DNA from: Eledone cirrhosa
Taxonomy: Eukaryota
Reading direction: 5' to 3'
Assembly (NCBI GenBank): GCA_964016885.1
Contig: OZ024743.1
Coordinates: 368,590,001-368,654,000, forward strand
DNA: 64,000 nucleotides
Shown: one piece after another, positions 37,601-50,775 of the stretch
How the letters are laid out: every line of letters starts with the position of its first letter
Position numbering within the stretch: the stretch's first letter is position 1
The notes under the pieces: generated by a model
Told to the model about the DNA's origin: nothing
The model's database searches: none
Seen by the model: the letters and a program-made list of their open reading frames with translations, nothing else
Position numbers and translations under genes: made by a program

Positions 37601-40600
37601 GTGCTGAAGACATGTGGTTACTCTGTTGTTATAGTGCTGAAGTCATGTGGGTACTCTGTTGTTATAGTGCTGAAGTCATGTGGTTACTCTGTTGTTATAG
37701 TGCTGAAGACATGTGGGTACTCTGTTGTTATAGTACTGAAGTCATGTGGTTACTCTGTTGTTATAGTGCTGAAGTCATGTGGGTACTCTGTTGTTATAGT
37801 GCTGAAGACATGTGGGTATTCTGTTGTTATAGTGCTGAAGACATGTGGGTACTCTGTTGTTATAGTGCTGAAGACATGTGGTTACTCTGTTGTTATAGTG
37901 CTGAAGTCATGTGGTTACTCTGTTGTTATAGTGCTGAAGACATGTGGTTACTCTGTTGTTATAGTGCTGAAGTCATGTGGGTACTCTGTTGTTATAGTGC
38001 TGAAGACATGTGGGTATTCTGTTGTTATAGTACTGAAGACATGTGGTTACTCTGTTGTTATAGTGCTGAAGTCATGTGGGTACTCTGTTGTTATAGTGCT
38101 GAAGACATGTGGGTATTCTGTTGTTATAGTGCTGAAGTCATGTGGTTACTCTGTTGTTATAGTGCTGAAGACATGTGGGTACTCTGTTGTTATAGTACTG
38201 AAGTCATGTGGGTACTCTGTTGTTATAGTGCTGAAGACATGTGGGTATTCTGTTGTGATAGTACTGAAGTCATGTGGGTACTCTGTTGTTATAGTGCTGA
38301 AGACATGTGGGTACTCTGTTGTTATAGTACTGAAGTCATGTGGGTACTCTGTTGTTATAGTGCTGAAGACATGTGGGTATTCTGTTGTTATAGTACTGAA
38401 GTCATGTGGGTACTCTGTTGTTATAGTGCTGAAGTCATGTGGGTACTCTGTTGTTATAGTGCTGAAGACATGTGGGTATTCTGTTGTTATAGTGCTGAAG
38501 ACATGTGGGTACTCTGTTGTTATAGTGCTGAAGACATGTGGTTACTCTGTTGTTATAGTGCTGAAGTCATGTGGTTACTCTGTTGTTATAGTGCTGAAGA
38601 CATGTGGGTACTCTGTTGTTATAGTGCTGAAGTCATGTGGGTATTCTGTTGTTATAGTACTGAAGTCATGTGGGTACTCTGTTGTTATAGTACTGAAGTC
38701 ATGTGGTTACTCTGTTGTTATAGTGCTGAAGTCATGTGGGTATTCTGTTGTTATAGTACTGAAGACATGTGGGTATTCTGTTGTTATAGTACTGAAGTCA
38801 TGTGGTTACTCTGTTGTTATAGTGCTGAAGTCATGTGGGTATTCTGTTGTTATAGTACTGAAGTCATGTGGGTATTCTGTTGTTATAGTACTGAAGTCAT
38901 GTGGTTACTCTGTTGTTATAGTGCTGAAGTCATGTGGGTATTCTGTTGTTATAGTACTGAAGACATGTGGGTATTCTGTTGTTATAGTACTGAAGTCATG
39001 TGGGTATTCTGTTGTTATAGTACTGAAGACATGTGGTTACTCTGTTGTTATAGTGCTGAAGTCATGTAGGTATTCTGTTGTTATAGTACTGAAGACATGT
39101 GGGTATTCTGTTGTTATAGTACTGAAGTCATGTGGGTATTCTGTTGTTATAGTACTGAAGACATGTGGTTACTCTGTTGTTATAGTGCTGAAGTCATGTG
39201 GGTATTCTGTTGTTATAGTACTGAAGTCATGTGGGTATTCTGTTGTTATAGTGCTGAAGACATGTGGGTATTCTGTTGTTATAGTACTGAAGACATGTGG
39301 GTATTCTGTTGTTATAGTACTGAAGTCATGTGGGTATTCTGTTGTTATAGTACTGAAGACATGTGGTTACTCTGTTGTTATAGTACTGAAGTCATGTGGG
39401 TATTCTGTTGTTATAGTACTGAAGACATGTGGTTACTCTGTTGTTATAGTGCTGAAGTCATGTGGGTATTCTGTTGTTATAGTACTGAAGACATGTGGGT
39501 ATTCTGTTGTTATAGTACTGAAGTCATGTGGGTATTCTGTTGTTATAGTACTGAAGTCATGTGGGTATTCTGTTGTTATAGTGCTGAAGACATGTGGGTA
39601 TTCTGTTGTTATAGTACTGAAGTCATGTGGGTATTCTGTTGTTATAGTACTGAAGACATGTGGTTACTCCGTTGTTATAGTACTGAAGACATGTGGGTAT
39701 TCTGTTGTTATAGTGCTGAAGTCATGTGGGTACTCTGTTGTTATAGTGCTGAAGTCATGTGGGTACTCTGTTGTTATAGTGCTGAAGTCATGTGGGTACT
39801 CTGTTGTTATAGTGCTGAAGTCATGTGGGTACTCTGTTGTTATAGTACTGAAGTCATGTGGGTACTCTGTTGTTATAGTACTGAAGTCATGTGGTTACTC
39901 TGTTGTTATAGTACTGAAGTCATGTGGTTACTCTGTTGTTATAGTGCTGAAGTCATGTGGTTACTCTTTTGTTATAGTGCTGAAGTCATGTGGTTACTCT
40001 GTTGTTATAGTACTGAAGTCATGTGGGTACTCTGTTGTTATAGTACTGAAGTCATGTGGTTACTCTGTTGTTATAGTGCTGAAGTCATGTGGTTACTCTG
40101 TTGTTATAGTGCTGAAGACATGTGGTTACTCTGTTGTTATAGTGCTGAAGTCATGTGGGTACTCTGTTGTTATAGTGCTGAAGTCATGTGGTTACTCTGT
40201 TGTTATAGTGCTGAAGACATGTGGTTACTCTGTTGTTATAGTGCTGAAGTCATGTGGGTACTCTGTTGTTATAGTGCTGAAGTCATGTGGTTACTCTGTT
40301 GTTATAGTGCTGAAGACATGTGGTTACTCTGTTGTTATAGTGCTGAAGTCATGTGGTTACTCTGTTGTTATAGTGCTGAAGACATGTGGTTACTCTGTTA
40401 TTATAGTGCTGAAGTCATGTGGGTACTCTGTTGTTATAGTACTGAAGTCATGTGGGTACTCTGTTGTTATAGTACTGAAGTCATGTGGTTACTCTGTTGT
40501 TATAGTGCTGAAGTCATGTGGTTACTCTGTTGTTATAGTGCTGAAGACATGTGGTTACTCTGTTGTTATAGTGCTGAAGTCATGTGGGTACTCTGTTGTT

Positions 40601-43600
40601 ATAGTGCTGAAGTCATGTGGTTACTCTGTTGTTATAGTGCTGAAGACATGTGGTTACTCTGTTGTTATAGTGCTGAAGTCATGTGGGTACTCTGTTGTTA
40701 TAGTGCTGAAGACATGTGGGTATTCTGTTGTTATAGTGCTGAAGACATGTGGTTACTCTGTTGTTATAGTGCTGAAGTCATGTGGGTACTCTGTTGTTAT
40801 AGTGCTGAAGTCATGTGGTTACTCTGTTGTTATAGTGCTGAAGACATGTGGGTACTCTGTTGTTATAGTACTGAAGTCATGTGGTTACTCTGTTGTTATA
40901 GTGCTGAAGTCATGTGGGTACTCTGTTGTTATAGTGCTGAAGACATGTGGGTATTCTGTTGTTATAGTGCTGAAGACATGTGGGTACTCTGTTGTTATAG
41001 TGCTGAAGACATGTGGTTACTCTGTTGTTATAGTGCTGAAGTCATGTGGTTACTCTGTTGTTATAGTGCTGAAGACATGTGGTTACTCTGTTGTTATAGT
41101 GCTGAAGTCATGTGGGTACTCTGTTGTTATAGTGCTGAAGACATGTGGGTATTCTGTTGTTATAGTACTGAAGACATGTGGTTACTCTGTTGTTATAGTG
41201 CTGAAGTCATGTGGGTACTCTGTTGTTATAGTGCTGAAGACATGTGGGTATTCTGTTGTTATAGTGCTGAAGTCATGTGGTTACTCTGTTGTTATAGTGC
41301 TGAAGACATGTGGGTACTCTGTTGTTATAGTACTGAAGTCATGTGGGTACTCTGTTGTTATAGTGCTGAAGACATGTGGGTATTCTGTTGTGATAGTACT
41401 GAAGTCATGTGGGTACTCTGTTGTTATAGTGCTGAAGACATGTGGGTACTCTGTTGTTATAGTACTGAAGTCATGTGGGTACTCTGTTGTTATAGTGCTG
41501 AAGACATGTGGGTATTCTGTTGTTATAGTACTGAAGTCATGTGGGTACTCTGTTGTTATAGTGCTGAAGTCATGTGGGTACTCTGTTGTTATAGTGCTGA
41601 AGACATGTGGGTATTCTGTTGTTATAGTGCTGAAGACATGTGGGTACTCTGTTGTTATAGTGCTGAAGACATGTGGTTACTCTGTTGTTATAGTGCTGAA
41701 GTCATGTGGTTACTCTGTTGTTATAGTGCTGAAGACATGTGGGTACTCTGTTGTTATAGTGCTGAAGTCATGTGGGTATTCTGTTGTTATAGTACTGAAG
41801 TCATGTGGGTACTCTGTTGTTATAGTACTGAAGTCATGTGGTTACTCTGTTGTTATAGTGCTGAAGTCATGTGGGTATTCTGTTGTTATAGTACTGAAGA
41901 CATGTGGGTATTCTGTTGTTATAGTACTGAAGTCATGTGGTTACTCTGTTGTTATAGTGCTGAAGTCATGTGGGTATTCTGTTGTTATAGTACTGAAGTC
42001 ATGTGGGTATTCTGTTGTTATAGTACTGAAGTCATGTGGTTACTCTGTTGTTATAGTGCTGAAGTCATGTGGGTATTCTGTTGTTATAGTACTGAAGACA
42101 TGTGGGTATTCTGTTGTTATAGTACTGAAGTCATGTGGGTATTCTGTTGTTATAGTACTGAAGACATGTGGTTACTCTGTTGTTATAGTGCTGAAGTCAT
42201 GTAGGTATTCTGTTGTTATAGTACTGAAGACATGTGGGTATTCTGTTGTTATAGTACTGAAGTCATGTGGGTATTCTGTTGTTATAGTACTGAAGACATG
42301 TGGTTACTCTGTTGTTATAGTGCTGAAGTCATGTGGGTATTCTGTTGTTATAGTACTGAAGTCATGTGGGTATTCTGTTGTTATAGTGCTGAAGACATGT
42401 GGGTATTCTGTTGTTATAGTACTGAAGACATGTGGGTATTCTGTTGTTATAGTACTGAAGTCATGTGGGTATTCTGTTGTTATAGTACTGAAGACATGTG
42501 GTTACTCTGTTGTTATAGTACTGAAGTCATGTGGGTATTCTGTTGTTATAGTACTGAAGACATGTGGTTACTCTGTTGTTATAGTGCTGAAGTCATGTGG
42601 GTATTCTGTTGTTATAGTACTGAAGACATGTGGGTATTCTGTTGTTATAGTACTGAAGTCATGTGGGTATTCTGTTGTTATAGTACTGAAGTCATGTGGG
42701 TATTCTGTTGTTATAGTGCTGAAGACATGTGGGTATTCTGTTGTTATAGTACTGAAGTCATGTGGGTATTCTGTTGTTATAGTACTGAAGACATGTGGTT
42801 ACTCCGTTGTTATAGTACTGAAGACATGTGGGTATTCTGTTGTTATAGTACTGAAGTCATGTGGGTACTCTGTTGTTATAGTGCTGAAGACATGTGGGTA
42901 TTCTGTTGTTATAGTGCTGAAGACATGTGGGTATTCTGTTGTTATAGTGCTGAAGTCATGTGGGTACTCTGTTGTTATAGTGCTGAAGTCATGTGGTTAC
43001 TCTGTTGTTATAGTGCTGAAGTCATGTGGTTACTCTGTTGTTATAGTACTGAAGACATGTGGGTATTCTGTTGTTATAGTGCTGAAGACATGTGGGTATT
43101 CTGTTGTTATAGTACTGAAGACATGTGGGTATTCTGTTGTTATAGTGCTGAAGACATGTGGGTATTCTGTTGTTATAGTGCTGAAGACATGTGGGTACTC
43201 TGTTGTTATAGTGCTGAAGTCATGTGGGTACTCTGTTGTTATAGTGCTGAAGACATGTGGTTACTCTGTTGTTATAGTGCTGAAGTCATGTGGGTACTCT
43301 GTTGTTATAGTGCTGAAGTCATGTGGTTACTCTGTTGTTATAGTGCTGAAGACATGTGGGTATTCTGTTGTTATAGTGCTGAAGTCATGTGGTTACTCTG
43401 TTGTTATAGTGCTGAAGACATGTGGGTACTCTGTTGTTATAGTGCTGAAGACATGTGGGTACTCTGTTGTTATAGTGCTGAAGACATGTGGTTACTCTGT
43501 TGTTATAGTGCTGAAGACATGTGGGTATTCTGTTGTTATAGTACTGAAGACATGTGGTTACTCTGTTGTTATAGTGCTGAAGACATGTGGGTATTCTGTT

Positions 43601-45820
43601 GTTATAGTACTGAAGTCATGTGGGTACTCTGTTGTTATAGTGCTGAAGTCATGTGGGTACTCTGTTGTTATAGTGCTGAAGTCATGTGGTTACTCTGTTG
43701 TTATAGTGCTGAAGACATATGGGTATTCTGTTGTTATAGTGCTGAAGTCATGTGGTTACTCTGTTGTTATAGTGCTGAAGACATGTGGGTATTCTGTTGT
43801 TATAGTGCTGAAGACATGTGGGTATTCTGTTGTTATAGTACTGAAGTCATGTGGGTACTCTGTTGTTATAGTGCTGAAGACATGTGGTTACTCTGTTGTT
43901 ATAGTGCTGAAGACATGTGGGTACTCTGTTGTTATAGTACTGAAGTCATGTGGTTACTCTGTTGTTATAGTGCTGAAGACATGTGGGTATTCTGTTGTTA
44001 TAGTGCTGAAGACATGTGGGTATTCTGTTGTTATAGTACTGAAGTCATGTGGGTACTCTGTTGTTATAGTGCTGAAGACATGTGGTTACTCTGTTGTTAT
44101 AGTGCTGAAGACATGTGGGTACTCTGTTGTTATAGTACTGAAGTCATGTGGTTACTCTGTTGTTATAGTGCTGAAGACATGTGGGTATTCTGTTGTTATA
44201 GTGCTGAAGTCATGTGGGTATTCTGTTGTTATAGTACTGAAGTCATGTGGGTACTCTGTTGTTATAGTGCTGAAGTCATGTGGGTACTCTGTTGTTATAG
44301 TGCTGAAGACATGTGGGTACTCTGTTGTTATAGTGCTGAAGTCATGTGGGTATTCTGTTGTTATAGTGCTGAAGAAATGTGGGTATTCTGTTGTTATAGT
44401 GCTGAAGTCATGTGGGTATTCTGTTGTTATAGTGCTGAAGACATGTGGGTACTCTGTTGTTATAGTGCTGAAGTCATGTGGGTACTCTGTTGTTATAGTG
44501 CTGAAGACATGTGGGTACTCTGTTGTTATAGTGCTGAAGTCATGTGGGTATTCTGTTGTTATAGTGCTGAAGTCATGTGGGTATTCTGTTGTTATAGTAC
44601 TGAAGTCATGTGGGTACTCTGTTGTTATAGTGCTGAAGTCATGTGGGTATTCTGTTGTTATAGTACTGAAGTCATGTGGGTACTCTGTTGTTATAGTGCT
44701 GAAGTCATGTGGGTACTCTGTTGTTATAGTGCTGAAGACATGTGGGTACTCTGTTGTTATAGTGCTGAAGTCATGTGGGTATTCTGTTGTTATAGTGCTG
44801 AAGTCATGTGGGTATTCTGTTGTTATAGTACTGAAGTCATGTGGGTACTCTGTTGTTATAGTGCTGAAGTCATGTGGGTACTCTGTTGTTATAGTGCTGA
44901 ACTCATGTGGGTATTCTGTTGTTATAGTATTGAAGACATGTGGGTACTCTGTTGTTATAGTGCTGAAGACATGTGGGTATTCTGTTGTTATAGTGCTGAA
45001 GACATGTGGGTACTCTGTTGTTATAGTGCTGAAGTCATGTGGGTACTCTGTTGTTATAGTACTGAAGTCATGTGGGTATTCTGTTGTTATAGTGCTGAAG
45101 ACATGTGGGTACTCTGTTGTTATAGTGCTGAAGACATGTGGGTATTCTGTTGTTATAGTGCTGAAGACATGTGGGTACTCTGTTGTTATAGTGCTGAAGT
45201 CATGTGGGTACTCTGTTGTTATAGTACTGAAGTCATGTGGGTATTCTGTTGTTATAGTACTGAAGTCATGTGGGTACTCTGTTGTTATAGTGCTGAAGTC
45301 ATGTGGGTACTCTGTTGTTATAGTGCTGAAGACATGTGGGTACTCTGTTGTTATAGTGCTGAAGTCATGTGGTTACTCTGTTGTTATAGTGCTGAAGACA
45401 TGTGGGTATTCTGTTGTTATAGTGCTGAAGACATGTGGGTATTCTGTTGTTATAGTACTGAAGTCATGTGGGTACTCTGTTGTTATAGTGCTGAAGTCAT
45501 GTGGTTACTCTGTTGTTATAGTACTGAAGACATGTGGGTACTCTGTTGTTATAGTGCTGAAGACATGTGGGTATTCTGTTGTTATAGTGCTGAAGACATG
45601 TGGGTACTCTGTTGTTATAGTGCTGAAGTCATGTGGGTACTCTGTTGTTATAGTGCTGAAGTCATGTGGGTACTCTGTTGTTATAGTGCTGAAGTCATGT
45701 GGGTATTCTGTTGTTATAGTGCTGAAGTCATGTGGGTACTCTGTTGTTATAGTACTGAAGTCATGTGGGTACTCTGTTGTTATAGTACTGAAGTCATGTG
45801 GGTATTCTGTTGTTATAGTA
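34618..45820. repeat. 33-bp tandem array, about 339 units, no indels
   Basis: Consensus CTCTGTTGTTATAGTGCTGAAGTCATGTGGGTA with four common variable positions. The 33-bp phase is kept for 11.2 kb. Confidence 0.99.
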
Positions 45821-45883
45821 AGCTTCCAGCAAGGTAATTCTTTAAAACTACGTTCAATTATTAGTTTACAAATTTTATATTAA
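34631..45883 (+). other. 3750-codon open frame of (VLK[S/T]CGYSVVI)n across the array; coding status unproven
   Basis: Stop-free in the ORF track, and the common variants are mostly synonymous in this frame. There is no ATG in this segment; an in-frame ATG lies at 33372, upstream of the CRE-like insert. Confidence 0.3.
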
Positions 45884-47070
45884 GTAGTTGAAGCATTTTA
45901 TGTTGAAATCATGATAAAATGCTCCCAGTGCATACTGCAAAGTCGTTGGCATTAAGGAGGACATCCAGCCATAGAAACCAAACCCAAAACGGAACATATG
46001 AGCAAGAATATGGTTACCTGATTGATCTAGCATCTACCCTCAAAACATGACAACCTGTCTATCCCATGCAAGCATAGAAAATAGACATTAAATGATGATG
46101 ATGATGATGATGATGACAATGATGACAATGATGATGATGATGATAATGATATCCCTTGCCTCTCACCTCTTTCTCTGATTTCCAGTTATAGTCAAATGTC
46201 TTGAGACAAAGAAGTTCCTAGAGTGTGTTTGTATGTGCATATGAACAAGTACTTATACCCATGTCTACGGGACAGATACCAATACATGCTCTAAATACCC
46301 TTCCAAGTATCTCATTGTATTGATCAACACACTGGGTGGTAGGAATCATGTAAGATTGTCTATATATTCCCATATAAAATGTTTCTGTCTATGGGTACAT
46401 GTGGCAGTGTGACTATCTGGATGTGTGTGAACTGAACCTTACATGCTCGTATGTGAGTGGGTATTTGCTTATGACAGAAATGATATATGTTGTTATTTCA
46501 GGGTTGATAAACTACCTTCTTCCAAAACCTGAATCCCAATGAAAACATTGCCCAGTCATTGAATTTGGATAAAATAGATCTTAATTGTCTCCACGTAGAC
46601 CCCTTCCCCAACTACAAAGACAAACACTATCAGCACGGCTTCTTAATGATGCCAGCCAATTTTGACCACATTAAATCATCATCATCATCATCATCATCGT
46701 TTAACGCCCATGTTCCACGCTTGCATGGGTTTGGACGGGAGTTTTCCCACTTGAGGCAAGAGTGGTTGACTTGCTCGCATAGGACTGTCTGGTGGGTTTT
46801 CTACAGCTGGATGCCCTTCCTAACACCAACCACATTTACAGTGTGGGGCTGGGAGGTTTTTACCGTGTTGCCTACACGGCCACATTACAGCGTGTTTTAA
46901 ATGACTATCTTATTTATGACTCCACAAACTGTTGCAGCATTCTGCTAGTATGGGTCAACTGGTGCATACACACAACTCCATCAAATTACCATAACACTTA
47001 AAGTGAATTCTCTATCTACTACAACTATGATACCTACATCCTATCTACTACCATTATTGCTATTATTATT

Positions 47071-47580
47071 AAGGTCGGTGGATTGGCAGTATCGGTAGAG
47101 GGTCGGACGCCATGCTTTGACGCAAAGAGTTACGTCCCTTTACGATCTGAGTTCAAATCCCGCCGAGGTTAACTTTGCCTTTCATCCTTACGGGGTCGAT
47201 AAAATAAAGTACCAGTAATGTACTAGGTACTTGCTGGCTTTGTGCCAAAAGTAGAAACAATTATTATAGGTAGTGGTATTACAACTACTATTCTTCTTCT
47301 TATTATTATAATTAATGCAGCATTGAGTTACGACCCATTAGGGTCGGAGCTCAAATCCCGCCAAGGTTAATTTTGCCTTTCATCCTTACAGGGTCGAAAA
47401 ATAAAGTACCAGTCACACACTGAGGTCGATTTAATTGACCCCCCCCCCCCCCCAAAAAAAAATTCCTGGCCTTGTGCCTATATAAGAAAATTGAAGCATA
47501 GAATTATGCCCCTTTACCGTCTGTGCTCAAATCCTGCCGAGGTTAGCTTTGCCTTTCATCCTTATGGGGTCGATAAAATG
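47071..47580 (+). mobile_element. Cluster of three tRNA-derived Nin-type SINE copies (one full, two truncated)
   Basis: A and B boxes at about 47084 and 47149; the core GCCTTTCATCCTTA.GGGGTCGA occurs three times. Confidence 0.88.
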
Positions 47581-47999
47581 CACAGTAATGTAAAACAGCT
47601 GATTAGTTGGACATGTAGTGAGAATGGAGAACTGTAGGTTATCCAAATAAGACCTTTATAATGAGATGGAGGATTGCAAGCATACACCTCATAAACCTAA
47701 AATGAGGTTCAAGGATTGTGTGAAACATCTTTGATGAAAGCTAGCAACTCAAATAAAGGTTGGGACAAATTGCCAATGATTGAACTCTGTGGGGCAAGGC
47801 TAGTTAGGAAGTTGTAAAAATATGCAAAACATTTCAGAAATGCAGCATGTAATAACTGCATATACACATGTATAAATACAGAAATATATGCATGTGTATA
47901 CATATAACTCAAAACATAAAGATCCACACATGCAATAACACCCACATCTGTAGACACATACATATATTCATACATGCATGCATACATACATACATACAT

Positions 48000-48450
48000 A
48001 CATACATACATACATACATACATACATACATACATACATGATGGCTGCCAACTCGTTTTCGAGTACGGCCACTACTTTACATCCATGTAGGAGAACCCCT
48101 ACCGATGCGCTAAACAAGTGACTTTTTAGTCCAGCCAGCGACTTGAAAACTCTGGTACAAACACTACACTTGTGACAATTATTGACACATAGTGCTGGAC
48201 CCATGGTACCATGTGATGACAAGTGCAGAGAGATCTCCAGATATAAAGCAATGCGTGTGCCGTGAAGCTTTTATAGTGAGCAAAGGCACTGCACAAAGCC
48301 AGTCCCACTCTCTTAACCAAGATGATATTTACCAAAAAGAAGAACAAGTCAACATCATTGGACACCATCAGGGTTGCAGGTGTTATATCAGAGTTTTCCT
48401 TCTCCTAGAATTCTGCCTTGACAAAGGCTAAGGGGTCATCTCTCCCGGTG
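48000..48450 (-). mobile_element. Internally deleted RTE derivative (5'UTR-like part + last C2H2 finger + tail)
   Basis: ORF 47968..48222(-) has CSVCTRVFKSLAGLKSHL and a (TATG)n tail. Its upstream part resembles 27410-27610. Confidence 0.7.
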
Positions 48451-48477
48451 ATTTTGGATGGCCATACATACATACAT

Positions 48478-49112
48478 ACATACATGATGGCTGCTCCCTC
48501 GTTATCGAGTATGTCCATTGCATGATATAGCATTATTAATCATTATCAATTAATGCTATCAATGCTGTGCGTGAAGATTTTTTTAAAGTGAGGAAAGACT
48601 GTGCACTGAGCCAATCCCACTCTCTGAACAAAAGTAGCTATAATCCGAAAAGAAGAAAAGATCAACATCACCGGTAACTACTGAGCCACAGGTTTTATAT
48701 CGGAGTTGTCCCAGTTTCCTGAGTTGCCTTCTCCTAGAAGAATGCCCTGACAAAGGTTAGGGGTCCTTCACACCCAGTAGTTTAACCGCGCGATTGGGTA
48801 TCCAGCTCGATTATTTCTATGTCCCCATGCATATACATACATGTGTATACATGTATATACATATATACATAAACACATATATACGCATGTAAATACATAT
48901 TTGCACACTTTTGGAAGGCCGTTGACTCTTATGTGTTCTTCCGCTTTTTGTCAAGTTTTGTTTGTTGTCCTGCAGGGTGTCCAAAATCCTCCTCCTCACC
49001 AATTAAACTTGGTGGGGTTGCCGGTTTAGTGACCGACCACCGGACCATACAATAGGTTGTACTGGGTTACATGTTACCAGTAGCACTCAAAAGTGACCCG
49101 ACATAACATACG

Positions 49113-49143
<31 letters not shown>

Positions 49144-49830
49144 GTGTTTACCTAGTTGATGATGTCTAAATTCTAATGAAAGTCTCTTATTTTTCTGATG
49201 GTAACCAGCTCCCTATTGGTGGGAATATATAGAATAATAAAACCAGAAGAACATACATGCATACATACATACATGATGGCTGCCCCCTCATTATCGAGTA
49301 TGGCCATTGCACAATATACCATTATTAATAATTATTAATTAATTCTATTGTGCAATGCCTGTGCATGAAGATATTTTTTAAAGTGAGGAAAGACTGTGCA
49401 CTGAGCCAATCCCACTCTCTGAGCAACAGTAGCTATAACCCCAAAAGAAGAAAAGATCAACATCATTGGTAACTACTGAGTTGCAGGTTTTATATCGGAG
49501 TTATCCCAGTTTCCTGAGTTGCCTTCTCCTAGAAGAAGGCCCTGACAAAGGCTGGGGGTCCTTCACTCCCAGTGGTTTAACTGCGCAGTACATGTGTATA
49601 TACATATTTACATACTTTCAGATGGCCGTTGACTCTTATGAGTTCTTCCGCCCTTTGTCAGGTTTTGTTTTTTGTCCTGCAGGGTGTTCAAAATCCCCCT
49701 TCTCACCAAGTAAACTTGTAGGATAGCCGGTTTAGTCGCCGACGACCCAATCATGCGACAGGTTGTACTGGGTTACATGTTACCAGTAGCACTCAAGAGT
49801 GACCCGACATACATACATACACGCATACAT
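48478..49830. repeat. Diverged tandem duplication of a composite unit (RTE-derived short element on minus + element ending in (CATA)n on plus)
   Basis: 48478-48800 resembles 49265-49590, and 48910-49140 resembles 49615-49830. Confidence 0.8.
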
Positions 49831-49834
49831 ACAT

Positions 49835-50775
49835 ATTGGCTCCCACTTTGAAGGATACGCTTTTACAATCCAAGAACAGGAAATCAATACAAAATACCTG
49901 ATTCACAAAAGAGATAGGGATGCAGGCAAAACACCTAGATGTGACAACAAATGCAGATTCTGCAGAATTAACATCAAAGATGTCACCCATGTCATCAGCA
50001 GCTGTCCAAAGATGTCATCGCGGTACTATCTACCTATGAGGCATGATGTAGTGGCCAAAACACTGTACAATGCAATCCGTAGAAAAGATAGCCACGATAA
50101 TAAAGATTAAAAGCTACAGCAATGTGGAAGACATACATATACATAATATGAAAGAGTACTGGTGGAATGTTCCAGCAAAAACCCCAATAAAATGCAGACA
50201 TAACAGACCAGGTATAATGATATGGGACAGGGAAAAGAAGGCATGCACAGTAGTGGAAATTAGTTGCCCAGCAGATGCCGATATAATATCAACGATTAGC
50301 AAAAAGGAGAATACTTATGCAGAACTAATGAGAAATCTGCAGATACTCCACCCTGACTATACCTTCAGATTTATGCCTGTGTTTATTGGGGCACTGGGAT
50401 ATGTTAGTAATTGCTTCAATACAAATCTTGAGAAGCTAGGCTTTACAGGAACAGAAAGAACACAACTAATTAGGAAATTACAAGTACAATCCATTAATGG
50501 ACCAGTAAGAATATGTAAAATATTCCGAAAATTCTGCATCTAATAACTGCACAGATACAAAACATATGCACATGCACACATACAACTCAAAATGTACACA
50601 TCCACACAAACAATAACATCAAAACCTGCACACACATGCATGCAGACATACACATCTACCTAGTTGGTGTTGTGTCAATTCCAATGAGAGAGTCTTGTGT
50701 CTATGTTAGAAACCAGTTCTCTCTCTATTGGCAACAATTTGTGAAATTAAAAAACCAGAAGAACATTCATACATA
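49835..50775 (+). mobile_element. R4/Dong-like RLE C-terminus and 3'UTR
   Basis: CRFC..HVISSC (CCHC), RHDVVA, HNRPGIMIWD..VVEISCP..KENTY and FIGALG. Confidence 0.88.

Noticed and set aside
34618-45820. CRISPR array (33-bp repeats)
   Set aside because: Units are head-to-tail with no unique spacers, there are no cas genes, and the context is eukaryotic.
34393-45837. Cys/Trp-rich proteins (CCYSAEVMWVL)n from ORFs 34393, 39097 and 42232
   Set aside because: All common variants are non-synonymous in this frame, two TAG stops occur, and the start lies in antisense CRE-like sequence. It is a shadow frame.
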